NCBI GenBank assembly: GCA_010093815.1
Contig: ML996565.1
DNA length: 64,000 nucleotides
Reading direction: 5' to 3' (one strand)
Source: Pseudovirgaria hyperparasitica
Lineage: Eukaryota
Both the position numbers and the translations under genes were made by a program. Within the stretch, counting starts at the first letter, position 1. The number at the start of each line of letters is the position of its first letter. Below are positions 12,863 to 26,186 of the stretch, in pieces. Under the pieces are notes generated by a model. It made no database searches. It saw nothing but the letters and a program-made list of their open reading frames with translations, and had not been told where the DNA came from.

Positions 12863-14258
12863 TCACACCCATCTTTCTCCCTCCGTCCATAATGATGACA
12901 TTGACGGGTGAGGCGATTCAGCCGGCTCGATTGTCTCTACGGTCTCATTCGGATGCCTTGAACTGTTCTTGATATTTTGCCGAGGACAGCCTTTCCTCCC
13001 CTGGAGTGAATATAGCGGAAGGTCGAACTGGTGTTCTGCTATGGAATCTTTTCCTTCCGAGGATCTGAAGAACTTATGTTTAGTGACGGCGTCACATAGC
13101 GGTCGAAGAGATGGTATTGAGACACAGATGATCCCTATCGAACACTCAATAACGGACCACAGGGCACTGGTCGCAGCATTGACTGTGTATGAACTTTAGT
13201 AATCTGCTGTAACCTCATGATATGTGACTCACATGATAGATCCTTGCCTCTTTGGATCTGGTTTACAGTTTTGAGACGAAAAGTTGCCGCGATTGCCGCA
13301 CTTACAAGTAAGCTTCAACGTCAGGATCGGTGTAGTATGGGACTTACGATATACTGAGACAGAAAAGAACTGTGAGAGTGATCTTCTGCCGTTTTGGCAT
13401 TTGTATCTTCCAGAATACCGGGATTGGTGTAATTGTCAAGAAGACATCTATCGCTATACCAAGCCCCCCGGAAATCCACAGATATACCATGTAGTTGAGC
13501 TTACGCTCCGTCGGTGTTTGCAGGGGATCCCACGCGGAGGCTGGAGGATCTCTCTGGAATACGATAACGGGAATGGCGGACACCATAAGGCCGCAGACGA
13601 CAAATGCCATTGTATACATCGAATACTTGAACTTCGGAGTCTTAACAATGCGAACGTACGATACGATAATTGAGAGCTTTGTGAACCCCGCCGCAATGCT
13701 GTAGAAGATGTACATGAGATATAGGGCCTGGTTGTGTTAGTGATCACTATGGCAGCTGAATGGTATCTTGAATACACACCTTGACGGCATTTCCAAAGCG
13801 GTGTATAATATCTGGGTCGTGGATATCATCGAACCACCAATGTCTACCGAAACCAGCTATTTTGACGGCTAGCGCACATTAGCAAAAAGAATCGGATATT
13901 GCTTTGGGAATACTACCATGAATGGTAATCCCACAACAGCACATAGTGCATAAGGTCCCAATAGAAAGTAAGACTATGCAGTGTTAGCACAAATTTTGAC
14001 GGAACACAAGCACATACGGTCGTCCAACGCCAGTTTCTTGACGATGAGCCATCTGACAAGAATGCGTAAAACTGTGATCCAAATCACACATGACACGAGA
14101 GCAATTGCAGTTGCTTGTATCGCGTAGGCGTGATCACGAGTATCACTGTAGTCGGCAGGCCCGAGGTATGCTTCGATTGCGACAATGTCCGCAGGGGGAG
14201 ATTGATCTGTTGGTGCGACGCGGCTCGAAGTAGTCGAAGTCATATCTCTTAACTTCAT
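12863..14258 (-). CDS. PTH11-like integral membrane protein (fungal rhodopsin-like domain), multi-exon
   Basis: LRILVRWLIVKKLALDD, GFGRH in an internal exon, KLSIIVSYVRI, DVFLTITPIPVFWKIQMPKRQK and WSVIECSIGIICVSIPSLRPL, all hallmark PTH11-family motifs. Start Met is uncertain (14258 or 14243). Confidence 0.85.
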
Positions 14259-15241
14259 CGCCGACCAGTTTATGCCTGTCCTGCGATTAGGAGGAAGGTT
14301 GGAGGATAGACCAGCAGGGAGTTGTCGTTGTGTAGCCACAAATTAGCGTTGTACTCAGACCCGTCCGCAATGAGGAATAATCGCAGGCTGGCGGCGGTGA
14401 AAGACGATGCTGATAAGACGCATGAAGAATTACTCTCACTGTGAGCTAGTGAAGCGAATCAGAAAGCCCCTGCTTCTGGAGGCAAGTTTTATATTGTTGA
14501 AAACGAGAAAAAGGGTCTACGATCGTCTCGTTCCATGACCCGCATGAAAACAAAATTCGATGTGTACCAGTATGGCAGTACGCAGATCCTTGTTCCATGC
14601 AAGTGAATCAAGAGATGATGAAACGTGAAATGTGAAATCTTTGGACACTCTATATACCGCGAAGAAGGTACGCTGTGTGAACAAATGGAAGGATATTTCA
14701 AGCTGCTCTGATTGAATATTGACGAAGAGGTCACATCTCCAAAAGAAAAGTCATACCGTGTGTATCTATGGGCACGTACTTGGCCATCACAGATCGCGAC
14801 ATGCAACTCCCTATAATGTTGACCAACCCAAATTTTAGTCAAAGATTGGATCATCCTCAGTTGTTTGACGGCTACAATGGTTACATTCGTGTTCGCTATC
14901 GCGTGCAGTGAATAGACGTGAGAGACATGCTCTCATGATTGGAAAGAGCTTTATATGTAATAAAAGAGAGCAATGAGGAGTATTGCGAAGGACTACACGT
15001 ATGCTGCCTAAGGCCACAAAGAGCTAGAAAGCGTGGATTGGTGCATACGCTGCTAGTTTGCATGCGGTATAGCGTCGTGTTCCAAATTTCTAAATTTCTG
15101 CCTCTCGAAGCTGTAGAATTTGAACAGCCAGTGCTCACAACGCGACTTCTACAATTTCTCCCTTTTACCGTCCAACTACAAGTATTCCTCGACCAATCTG
15201 ATATACGCATAGAGGGATCGTATTAACAACCTTCCCCCACA

Positions 15242-16056
15242 ATGTCGAAGGAAAAGTCTAGCTCCTCCAAGAAGGAGCGCAAAGAGAAGGTAGACGACAG
15301 CGGTCGCGTAAAGAAAGAGAAGAAAGACAAGAAGGAGAAGAAGGCGAAGAAGGAGAAGCTTGGAGCGGCCGTCACAGACTCACTGATTGAGGAGCTGGAG
15401 GCCAAGAAAGCGGCAGAGCCCAAGCTTGTCGTAACGAAGACGCAGAACAATGATGGCAGTGACATGGAAGAATTGGAAGTAAATGAGGATGGTACTTTGA
15501 TCAATGTTCCCGCAGTAGCGCTCGTGCCATTCGCGAATCCGCTTGCGGACGAGAAACAGACGAAGAAGGTCATGAAGGGTGTGAAGAAGGGTATGTTCAG
15601 ACTACCTAGTCCGGGTCGCAAGCTCTGCAACACAACTACTCGGCTTTTGATGAAAACTCATATACTAACGAGCTTTCAGCCGCGAAGCACAAGTCGATCC
15701 GCCGTGGTGTGAAGGAAGTCGTCAAGTCGCTCCGCAAGACCACCTCATCCGGACCTGCTTCCTCTGCCAATAGTTCGCCAGCCAGCATAGTCGTAATTGC
15801 TGCTGACATCTCACCGATGGACGTCATCTCACACATTCCCGTTCTTTGCGAGGACCACAATATTCCGTACATCTATGTCAAATCACGCGCCGAGCTCGGC
15901 GCCGCAGGAAGCACAAAAAGACCAACCAGTGTAGTGATGCTCACTGAGAAGAGCACAAGCAAGAAGGGCGGGGATGGCGATGAAAGCGAGTGGAAAGAGA
16001 CCTATGGTGATCTAGTCAAAGTTCTTCTGAAGGCACAGGCAAGCGTAAAGATATAA
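15242..16056 (+). CDS. NHP2: H/ACA snoRNP subunit Nhp2 (L7Ae family); intron 15591-15679
   Basis: ALVPFANPLAD, RRGVKEVVKSLRK, IAADISPMDVISHIPVLCEDHNIPYIYV, AELGAAGSTKRPTSVVM; Lys-rich N-terminus. Confidence 0.95.
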
Positions 16057-16321
16057 GGTCTCGATCACTTTTACATCTACATCTACTTGTTCTACTACAG
16101 CCAGTTGAAGATGGCACAAGGAGTTTGGGCGCTTATATGGATGGCATTGTACAAGCCTATGAATGGGTGGGTATTTCAGGTGACATACTGTCCAACAGAC
16201 TTGAGACCAATAAAAACGTGATTTTATGTACATGCCCTCTGTAATTTCCACTTCATTGCCGCATAAGTTAATCTTCCCGGGTTATAATTATATACAATGG
16301 ATAATCCTCCAGATTCCAATC

Positions 16322-17475
16322 CTACAACAACCAAGGACTGAAGTCAAAAGGCGTCTCATACTCCCTCGCAGCAAGCGCAACCTCCTTGAAGCTTTCAAAG
16401 ATGTTCTCCGTCGTCCCGATTTCGAAGTCATACCCGTAGTGAGGATCATCGTTCGGAATGATTTGCCAATACATCCACGGAATACCTGCCTCTCCAATCT
16501 CGCCAGCCCACTTTGTAAGATTCGCCGCTCTGTCCTCATCACTCAACGCAGTACCTTCAGGACAGTTGTTGTTCTCAGTATCGAAGTAGCACACGCCCCA
16601 TTCCTGAAAGAGGAGCTTCTTGCCAGCGTCTATGGCCTTGTCAACGAATGGGGTCAGCCTATCAGTAGCGAATTCTGACGGGCCGTAGGTGTGGATGGCA
16701 ATCACGTCAAGAGCCTCGCAGTCGAAGTAGGCGTCTTGCACAGAGGTATCGTCGCAGCATCCACCGCCGGTCATGACCAGTGGGATGCTACCCTCGCCGG
16801 TCGAGGCAGGAAGGCCAGACTTGATAGCAGTGGCGATGTCGCAGTGCCAGGAGCTATGTTGCTGGAGAAAATCGGCACCCTATCTTCGTCAGTAACTTCT
16901 CTCTCCAGAACATTAACGAAGAAAGAACTCACAAGCCCATTCATTGCCTCATTCTGCGTCTCAAATCCAAATATCATGTCCCCGCTCTCTGCCCATGTCT
17001 TCCCCGTGTTCTTGTTTACATGCTGCAACACATGGGCAATCCTTCCCTTGTACATGTCCGCCGCCTCACTACTATTATAAAACCCCTCCCTGCCAAACTT
17101 CTCCGTATATACATCACCTGCGTCCAGCGCATTCCAGCTATGTGGCGAGATCTGCAGTTTGATGCCATAATCCTTGGCGTTGACCATGAAGTCGTCGTAG
17201 CGCTCAAGTACGGTGTCATCCCAATCGCCGATGTAGTCTACTTCGAGCGAAGGATAAGCCACGTGCTGGGTCCCTTTTTGGTTCGCTTCTTCGCCATCGA
17301 GCCAGACGCGGAGGACCTTGACACCGGCTTCGGAGAGGGCGCAGAGGAGGGTGTCTTGTTGGTCCGTATCGAGACCTGCGGCATAGTAAAGGTTTGATCC
17401 GACCCAGCTTTGGAATGCTGACGCCGCTTGGGCAGATGCCAGGAGGGCAACAGTGAGTGATGTGAAAGTCTTCAT
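16322..17475 (-). CDS. Secreted glycoside hydrolase family 5 (beta-mannanase/glucanase-like); one intron near 16880-16930
   Basis: Signal peptide; GSNLYYAAGL, KVLRVWLDG, acid/base QNEAM, IAIHTY, nucleophile FQEWG, IPWMYWQI. Confidence 0.9.
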
Positions 17476-18824
17476 AGCGGCTACTCTGCCGAAGTCGACA
17501 CTTGATGCAGAACCTCATCGATATGACCCCAAGACGCCATTATATAGCCCTATAAATGGGGTTGGTTTGAAGGTATAGTTCCGCCAACTTCCTATAAGGT
17601 CAAGGAAGCTCTTGTCCGTAATTTAGTGGGCTGATGTCACGCAAGACTGTGCCCCTTTGGGGAAGGGAATGAACTACTCGTCCGGGAAGGCCCGGAGATC
17701 AGGTCGATCAAGAGAGCCATGTGGGTTTTTCGTAAGTCTATAGAGGTTGTGCTTGTTGTAAAGAGTGACATGTAGCTAATAGTAGATCTGTTACGTGTGA
17801 CGGACGACATCGAGGGAAGACGTCCATAGGTCCGTCTGAAGTTACAGCAGATCTGAATTGAGTGACGAGTCAGTGATACTTGTGACAAAACGAGCTGTTC
17901 GAGATATGTTTCGTTAGTGCTCATTCCGTCTCTTAACGGGACCGACGTCCGAACAAGTTCTTGCAGACTGGAGGATACTATATTGGCGATAGGTCATCGG
18001 CTGTAAGTACTGCTTGGCCATGTAAAACGGGCAACATATTTACCGATGAGAGTTGTATATTGCCTTATTCGTTTTAAACACGCACCCATTCTTCTGACGC
18101 TTTACGTTTATACTCTGGAAACCACATGCTAGGTGCGAAGGTCATGAAGAGAATACAAGTCTGTAGGCGAGGAAATCTGAGCAGGAGACCGAGTCTTGAC
18201 GGAGAGAAAGCTACTGAAACAGAAGGCGTGAACATCGTTACTCGTTCCATCGCGGAGAGTCTAAGTCCGTGTCAAGGCCGACTCTCTACCTTAGGGACTA
18301 ATGACGTCGCTTAGTCTACTACCTTTTTAAGGTACAATGCAGCTTGGTCTATTGTGTAGTTCGAACTACATGACCTATACACTGAAGTCACCCATAAGTA
18401 TAAACTACGTATCTTCCAAGGCAAATCTATCCTAGAGGAATAGATGTGAGCGCTGGATAAGGACTGACATTGTCGAGGAGAAGCGCGAGATTCCAGAAAT
18501 AGAATATTGGCAAGGCTACGTATCGCATAAATTTCGATAGGTCCCAGTAGATAGAATGACAACCCCCTCGGGATCAAATGTCTGCTAATCTAAAACACTT
18601 AACAATTATTTTGCACTGTACATTTACGATGGCCGTTATGCTATTCGCTTTGTTCCAACGCCACATTCCGTATCTAACCATCGCTGTCGTTGCGGGACTT
18701 GAGCAAAGAAAAGAAAATCGTTGGCTAGCTCGTAGCTTCCAAGGTCAACTATGCGCAAGATTAGCAATGAAACTTTCTTGTGAGAGGTAACCATACGGGC
18801 GTCGATAGTGCCTCCCACTCTCAA

Positions 18825-19005
18825 TCATTTGAAGCAACTGAAGTGTCCACAGCTAAGACGGAAGGGAGCTCTTCGCACGCCATGTTTGTCAACAACAACG
18901 CCACCGCCTGTCGAGATGTTAGTTTTCAGGCTTTGAAGCTGCGATCGTGGCTCAAGGCTTACCGCCGTGTTTGCCGCCCCAGTGTTTAGTCCACATAAGA
19001 CCCAT
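18825..19005 (-). CDS. Spliced 41-aa microprotein MGLMWTKHWGGKHGGGGVVVDKHGVRRAPFRLSCGHFSCFK
   Basis: Exons 19005-18963 and 18907-18825. The 55-nt intron reads GTAAGC...CTAAC...CAG. Start context ACAACATC-ATGG; TATAAAG about 110 nt upstream. Confidence 0.7.
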
Positions 19006-19663
19006 GATGTTGTATATTTGCTAATTGCTGAAAGCACAGTAAGGTTGAAGGTTTGGGTTTGCTTTGTGATGAAAGGTATAGAGTTGAGGAATGGCGTGAG
19101 GTCTGGTGTTGACTTTATAACCAGGCAGTGGGACGTGACCAGGCGCGTAGGAAGTGACGACGGCCAAGGGATACCAAGACCCGTAAACAGGGAAGTTGTA
19201 GCGCCACGTGTGGCTGTGTGCATTTACTGGCCGTCGACGGTTGCTCTTTATTCACGCCACAAGATGTGATCACTTCGTCTGCTTGTTTGATAGGATACTT
19301 AAGTCATTCTTGCGTTCGCCAACAGGACGTTGCTCTTGAATTGTCCTCGCAGGTCTTGGCTTGGCGGTTGATGAAGTATCTTGGTCTTCTAAAGGCTGGA
19401 CGACTTTCACCATACATAATAACCTATTGTATACTTTCATGTTACATCGTGTGTTCATTTAAAGCATGTTTGTTATGAATTAATATGTACATGATGTGCT
19501 ATGGTGGATTCTGCACGTATTGGTGTTGGGGTTATGGATGCGTCCGTTCTCTAAAGGCCGGTACAAATAGAGCGGACGCTTCATATAATACAGATGGTTC
19601 AAAGGACATGGTCATGATATGGAGGGATTTGATTTTTGGTGACACGAAGGACCTCTAATGTTC

Positions 19664-20059
19664 CTAACGCCCGGGAAGGCTTCCTGACTGTGCCATGATC
19701 GCATTCTGCTCCTGGAACCGGGCACCGAGTCTCTCTTGGCTCTTCAATTGCTTGTCTACACAGCGCATGACGCAACTCTCTTCTCTCGATCCTAGGCTTT
19801 TGCTAGTGAAGTCGTTCACACAATCGTCGAAGCAACGCTGTACCATGTTGGAGTACATCTGAGGGGGATGGTTTAGCTTGAATCTTTGAAAAACGCTACG
19901 TAGCGGAAAGATGGTAATAGTGAAGGATACATACGTTCATGAACTCCTTCATTTGCTTCTTCTCCATACGGGTGGCTAGCTCAATCTGTTCGTTCTTGTT
20001 GAGGCTGTTGCCGTTAGCAATTGTCGAGAAGAGTGTTCATACAGTACTCACCCGTCCAT
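19664..20059 (-). CDS. TIM9: Mitochondrial intermembrane-space chaperone Tim9; 3 exons
   Basis: [62 protein letters not shown], with twin CX3C motif. Confidence 0.95.
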
Positions 20060-21333
20060 GATGATACTATAAGATCAAGCGTGGTCTTCGGGTGGTAATG
20101 TAGTGAGAACCACGATGATGATGATTGCGTGCTGAGTATCTGACGCTCTTAGTAGATGAACACTGCGTGTCACGGCGATCGTAGAAGTTACATGCTCGGG
20201 AAGCTACGAAGTTTTGGGTGGCTGTCTTTCCTGGTCCAAGCTCCAAAACCAAGCATTCCTGGCTTAGGCTGGCAGGCAAGTCAATATTCTTTTAATACTG
20301 CTACTTGTGTGTATACGGATCCGCAGAAGCGCAGTCTTTGACTTCGTCGTGTCACCCAGAGTTACTGAGGTCCCCAAAAGACATGAAAGCTCTGAGTGGA
20401 CTGCTTGCCCTCTAGAATGGATGCTGTTGTTGCAGTGGTCATAGCCAGCGACAGTAGCTACAGTCAATGTAAAGATTATGGCAAGAGTATAGACATAATT
20501 CACTTGTGTGACCTATGTGTTTAAAGCAATCTGAAGTTCCACTACCTAATGGCTTTGCAGTGTCCCTGGAACAGTTGAGAAAGCAGACGGTTGCTATCCT
20601 ACCAGCCTCGAAATTTGGACGCGCTTGGAGCGGTTCCCGCCATCAGCCACATGTACAGCTCGATCGAACAATACAAGCGGCAGCCAAAATGGTCAAGACT
20701 TATGGCAGTGAGATTCCATTGCGCGCCTGAAAAACGTTGTGAATCCCCGAATATTGATCCTTTGCGTTTGACATTGTTGCATATTTTTGGCCCACTGGAA
20801 ACGGGCGGTTACGTAGGTTGGTTCTAACGGCTTGGCAAAGCCGGCTGCTACCGCTCCACTCCATCTCTGCCTATCCACCTCTGTCGTTTGAAGCACTCCA
20901 CCTCCACAACACCCCCGGTCTTAATACCACTCAACACTTGCCTGCCCTTGTGGAGGTCGCAACACCTTCTTACAACATTCTGTATTACTTCTGAGCCTCT
21001 CTGCACAAGTCAGGACACTTCTTGCGTCGCTACAGCCTCAGCCCCCATAGTCGCGTTAGCGACACACATTGATCCTTCGACCGCATCCGTACCGCATCTG
21101 CTAGCTATCTCATCGTTGCTCTTTGTCAGTTCGTCCAAGATTCGCTCAGTCAGATCTCCTTACTTCCTACACTGCACAAGCTCAGCTTGCCCGCAACACT
21201 TGATCTCGTCACGACCCACAGCCTTGCCCGCGACCCGTACTTCGTGTCATTTCGTACCTGTTAGATCTTACCAGGTATTTGGCTTCGGGAATCTGAAAGG
21301 AAGAGCTGGATTAAAGAAGAGCCACAGAAGGCC

Positions 21334-24078
21334 ATGCTGTCAGCGCAGCGTGGGAAGAATGGCGAGCCGCAACCCGCCCCGGTTGCGGTGTCCCATGAGG
21401 ATGCAGCCAGCAAGCGAGATCTCACCTCATGGTGGAGGCAGTTCAAGCGTGGTACGGCGAAACGTGAAGAAGAAAAAGGTATCGTTGCACTTCCAACGTC
21501 TGTCGTCTTGTCAGCGACTGGTGACTTCGAGAGTCTGCATGACTCACTCACCTGCCGTCACTGGCGCATCTCCGCTTCTGTGGAAGTCCTTCATTCCTTG
21601 AGTCCGCTAACCCTCGCTATCAGCCGAACCGCTCAACACGATCTTTGGCGTACCTCTCTTGACCAGCGTTCGCTATGCCAATGTCGCCATTTCACTGTAT
21701 GATCAGGATGGAAAGAGCTACATATATGGCTATGTGCCGATAATCGTCGCCAAGTGTGGCGTTTTCCTGAAGGAGAAAGGTACGTACATCCAAACTATTA
21801 GATAGAGCTGGCCTAAATCAATCTAGCGACCGAAATAGAGGGTATCTTCAGATTAAGTGGATCTGAGAAGCGCATCAAAGAACTCAGAGCTGTATTCGAC
21901 TCTCAAGAGACCCGTTTTGGTAAAGGTCTTGACTGGTCCGGATTCACCGTTCACGATGCGGCCAACATATTGCGTCGCTACTTCAATACCCTCCCTGAAC
22001 CAATCATACCTCTTCAGTATTACGAGCAATTCCGCAATCCCATTCGGGGACATCAGGCACAGGCTGTCGGCGAGATTGATGGACAGGGTCCGATCGTTGG
22101 TGACTTCGATCCGGATGCTGCTATCAAGAGACTCAAAAACCTGGTGACTGAAATTCCTCCACTCAATCGGCAATTGCTACTTTACATTTTGGATCTCCTC
22201 GCTGTCTTCGCTGCAAAGTCTGACGTCAATAAAATGACTACAGCCAATCTTGCCGCTATTTTCCAACCTGGCATCCTGTCTCATCCTAACCATGCGATGG
22301 CACCCCCGGAATATCGTTTGAGTCAGGATGTCTTGATATTTCTCATCAATAACCAAGATCATTTCTTGATCGGTATGCAAGGAACTGCAGCAGATGAGAA
22401 GACAGTTCAAGATGTTCAAAACGGGCCACCCAAACAAGCATCAACCCCGCCTCGCAAATCGGGTGTGAGCCGCTCAGCATCAAACGCCAGCGCAGGTGCA
22501 GAAAGCCTGCGCAAATTTGGTGGTATCCGACGAAACGTGTCGGTATCATCCAGAAATTCCAGAGGCTCTGTTGTTGCGCCGCAAAGCCCTGCTACACCGT
22601 CCCATGCCACAAGCCCAACAATTGGCGTTCATCGAAGCAACACCGTACCTTCCAAGAAGTCTCCAGCTGTCGGTATTGCACGATTTGCGAGACCAGGAGA
22701 AAAGCGCTCTGAACCTCCCACACCTACCTCAACAGGCACGTCGAGCACAGCCCAGGCAGTGAGTTTATTGTCTACTGAACCATCTAAGTCACCCGCTCCG
22801 GCCCAGGTTCCTGTTCTCGCTCATGTTGATGTGCCTGCAACTGCCGCCGTACCCTTAGCAACTTCCGAGGTCGCGGCCCCGCCAATTGAAGATACTACAC
22901 CGCGCGCCGAACAGCCACAAGTCAACCCAATTGAGTCCGTACAGCTAAGTGAAAATGAGAAAATTACCCAGAAGACAGCTGCACCCACCGTGGAATCGTC
23001 TGGTTGTGTCACATCGGAGCAGATACCTGCAACGATTCGCGAAGAAGAGTCAGCCGGAGGCACTACACCAACTGCTCCAGCATCTGGCTCCTCAAGAACC
23101 TTGACTCAGATGTTCTCTCGCAACTTGGCATACGAGCAGTCGGAGAAGGGTAAAGATATTCGCAGACCAAATAAACTCCAGAAGAAACGTGGACCGAGCA
23201 GCGCGAATCTCAGTGCGCACAGCTCAACTCAATCTCTCACTGGCGTCATATCGAACGACACACCGCTTTCACCTGTCCTTCTCGGATCATCTACCACACT
23301 TCAAGGTTCGACCAAGGAGGCATTTCCTACCAGTATGATTGACTCAAATCAAGCCCCAGGAGTGACACTGATGCGACCAGCGTTGTCTCCATCTCCATCT
23401 CACCGATCATATTCGACTAGCAACGATCTTTCGGAGGCTGAACATGGCGACGAGACCCCTGGAGCGGGTACCGCTGTCGAGCCAGATAAGAAGCATCGTT
23501 GGCGTCTGTCTAACCACCAGAATAAGCACGAGTCTAAGCCAGGTGATCTTGGTTCTAATGCAGGCGCCCAACAGAGCATGAGTTCTTTCACTAGCAGCGC
23601 AGGCGGTCGTGGACGTAAGAGTTTCGAACCAATCACACAATGGGGATCAGAATCGTCGGCCTCGACCGGTCAGCGCGGCCTCGATGCTGAGATTGGATCG
23701 CCGCCCAAGGAACACCGCGGTTTAGGTGGATGGCTCAAAGCCAAGCTAGGTGACAAGAAAGATCGAGCAAAGAGTCCACCTGAATCTCAGGGACAAAGAC
23801 AGCAGCTTCAGGGAACCGACGCTCCGAGTCGCGGCAAATCAATGGAGGTTGCGAGAAGAGACTCGGACCAGACGGTAGAGACAATTACCAGGCCGCCAAC
23901 CGCTGAGAAAGCTGGTGCTACCGCAGCGGCAGTAGCAGCCGCGCAGACGTATCCGAGTGCCATGCAGGCGAGTAACAAGATGCCAGCAGGACCTGTATCG
24001 GCCACCACGCAGAGTGTCGACTCGGCCGCAGCAAAACCAACTACTACCCAAGACACTTTTCCCAAGGTCGAAGGCTAA
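21334..24078 (+). CDS. SAC7: Rho GTPase-activating protein (Sac7/Bag7-like) with long disordered C-terminus; two introns
   Basis: IFGVPL..SVRYANVAISL, YGYVPIIVAKCGVFLKEK, arginine finger EGIFRLSGSEKRIK, HDAANILRRYFNTLPEP, NKMTTANLAAIFQPG. Start codon is approximate. Confidence 0.9.
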
Positions 24079-26186
24079 CAATACGGTGCACATGTGAAGC
24101 AGTGCAGGACCAATTTGGGAGTGCATAGGACGATTTCATTTGCAATTGTATTGATGGGAATTGAATATGGCATGTTGATTCTTTGGGCTATGCTGAGGAG
24201 ATTGTTGTGGATACCCCCGGACTGGACTGTCTCACTGACATGTATTGGAGGATGAGAAGAAAAGTGAATTAGAGGAGTCCTATTAGGTGGTGGTGATTCA
24301 GCAGATACGGTCAGGGTCAGCACTGGTCTAAACAGTGATAATGGTAGTATTGCAGTCACAGAGGTTGACGCTAATGGCGATAGTAGCGTTTGTTCCCGAA
24401 GTAGGTAATATGCAAATACAAAATTTTCCCCATGGTTCCTCGGAAAGTGCAGATATATCACGTGATATAGAGTGTCAGGGATCATGGTCAGACAACTTCT
24501 CGGAACACTCGCCACAGGAGGATCGACAAATACCCTGACGGGTTGAGCAGAACGAAACATGGATGCTACCTGGTGCTGCTTCTCCGCCCTCCGGCCCCAT
24601 GGAGGTCGCTCCTAACCACTGAGATCCTCGCTTTACATACATACCAACGTACCGTTTGGGTATTATTAGTAAAAGAAAGATTATTGGCACCATACAGCAC
24701 TCATGTCGGAACAAAGGTGCAGAAACAATAGGTTCTAATGATATATCTCGTAACAGGAGGAACCAATAAACTATCTCATAACCAGGCAGCGCCGGTGACT
24801 CAATCGCCGAATACCGATTAATATCGGGGTTTTGTTGACCACCTCTGGCCCTCGGTCGTATTATTGCTTGGGCTGGCGGGCAGTCTGAAACACCTGGAAG
24901 CGGTTTTTCCTCTATACGGTGGTGACGCAGGCAGCTGAGGGACAAAAAATGTGCTGTTGGGGGCCTACTATGTCTAAACGAATCTAATAGGCTTTCGGAA
25001 TGCATGGTCTAATTCTGGGCGCAGATACGGGGACTGAGACTGGGACAAGGTAAATATTAGTAACTATCCATGGATGGGTGTGTTTGTACTATGTATGCAG
25101 GCTGTGGGGCTGTGGGCCATCCATTCGATTGTCGATGACGATGAACGGCTCGATTGATGGTTGGGGTGTTGTTGATGGTGGTGGTCTTTGCGGTGGTGGA
25201 CAAGGCTGACCGCTGGCTGTCGTGTCGTTTTGGTCGGGTACGCATCTTGCACAGCAGCGTACTACTTGGAGCACTGGAGGAAGAGAAGTATGAAGGAGCT
25301 GTGAATCATTTCACGGGAACAAACGATGTTTTATGTCCTTTAAAGTGCAGTGAGTGGAAAGGCAGCATCCAGGATATCGTGATGGGTGTGGGATTGGTAT
25401 TGGGAAGCGAACGGCTACTACGGCTGTCTGACGCGGCCAATGCTAGTCCGCAGTTCTGCAGTATTAGTCTCTCAGCCTGCCAAGCGTGATAAGGGTATTC
25501 ATCTGCTGTGAGTCTGGCTTTGTTTTCTTTGTTGTTGGGTGTGTGGAACAGCGGTGGAGGAGGTATAAAGGAACGTGGACTGCCTCAGCTTCATGATGCA
25601 GTGATACTTGTTGATTCTCGTGTTCTCTGGCTCGTCTGCATCCATACGAACATCCCTCCATCCACCCCTTCATTGTCCATCATACCCTTACAGTATTGGG
25701 CCCGGCAGCGCGGCAAAGAACGAGATAGAGTGAGAGAGGGATAAAGACCGACGCCAATAGCCCAAGCCCAAGCTTTGCAGCGTGTTTTCAATGTTTGGCG
25801 GCTTCGGGCCAGCCACCTCAGCGTCCAAGTTCCCGCTAGCGAACTAAGACGACTAAAACCAGGTAGTTAGCAACCTTTAGTGCGTTAATCCCGGTCTCTC
25901 ACCACCAAAAACTACAGCCTGAGCCTCACAAGTCTTCTTCATCTTCCGCCGCCTCCTCCTCTTCCTCTTTTTCTCAGAAACCAATTTCCTTGTGCGTTTG
26001 TTGTCTTGGGTTTGTACGTCTCTGCAATAATATCTCTATCTCGCCATAAAGAACCTGGATTGTCCTCTCGTCATCTCAAATCCGGTGCTTTGAAAGCTAT
26101 TCGACAATCCTGGGACCAATCAACCCCACCACATCCCAGTCCTCCGGATCCCTCTGTGGACTCTCAATATCCAGTCGCCCGCCAAC

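Noticed and set aside
24100..25900. Short ORFs between RhoGAP and GPI protein
   Set aside because: Low complexity, with no family motifs or convincing exon chain.
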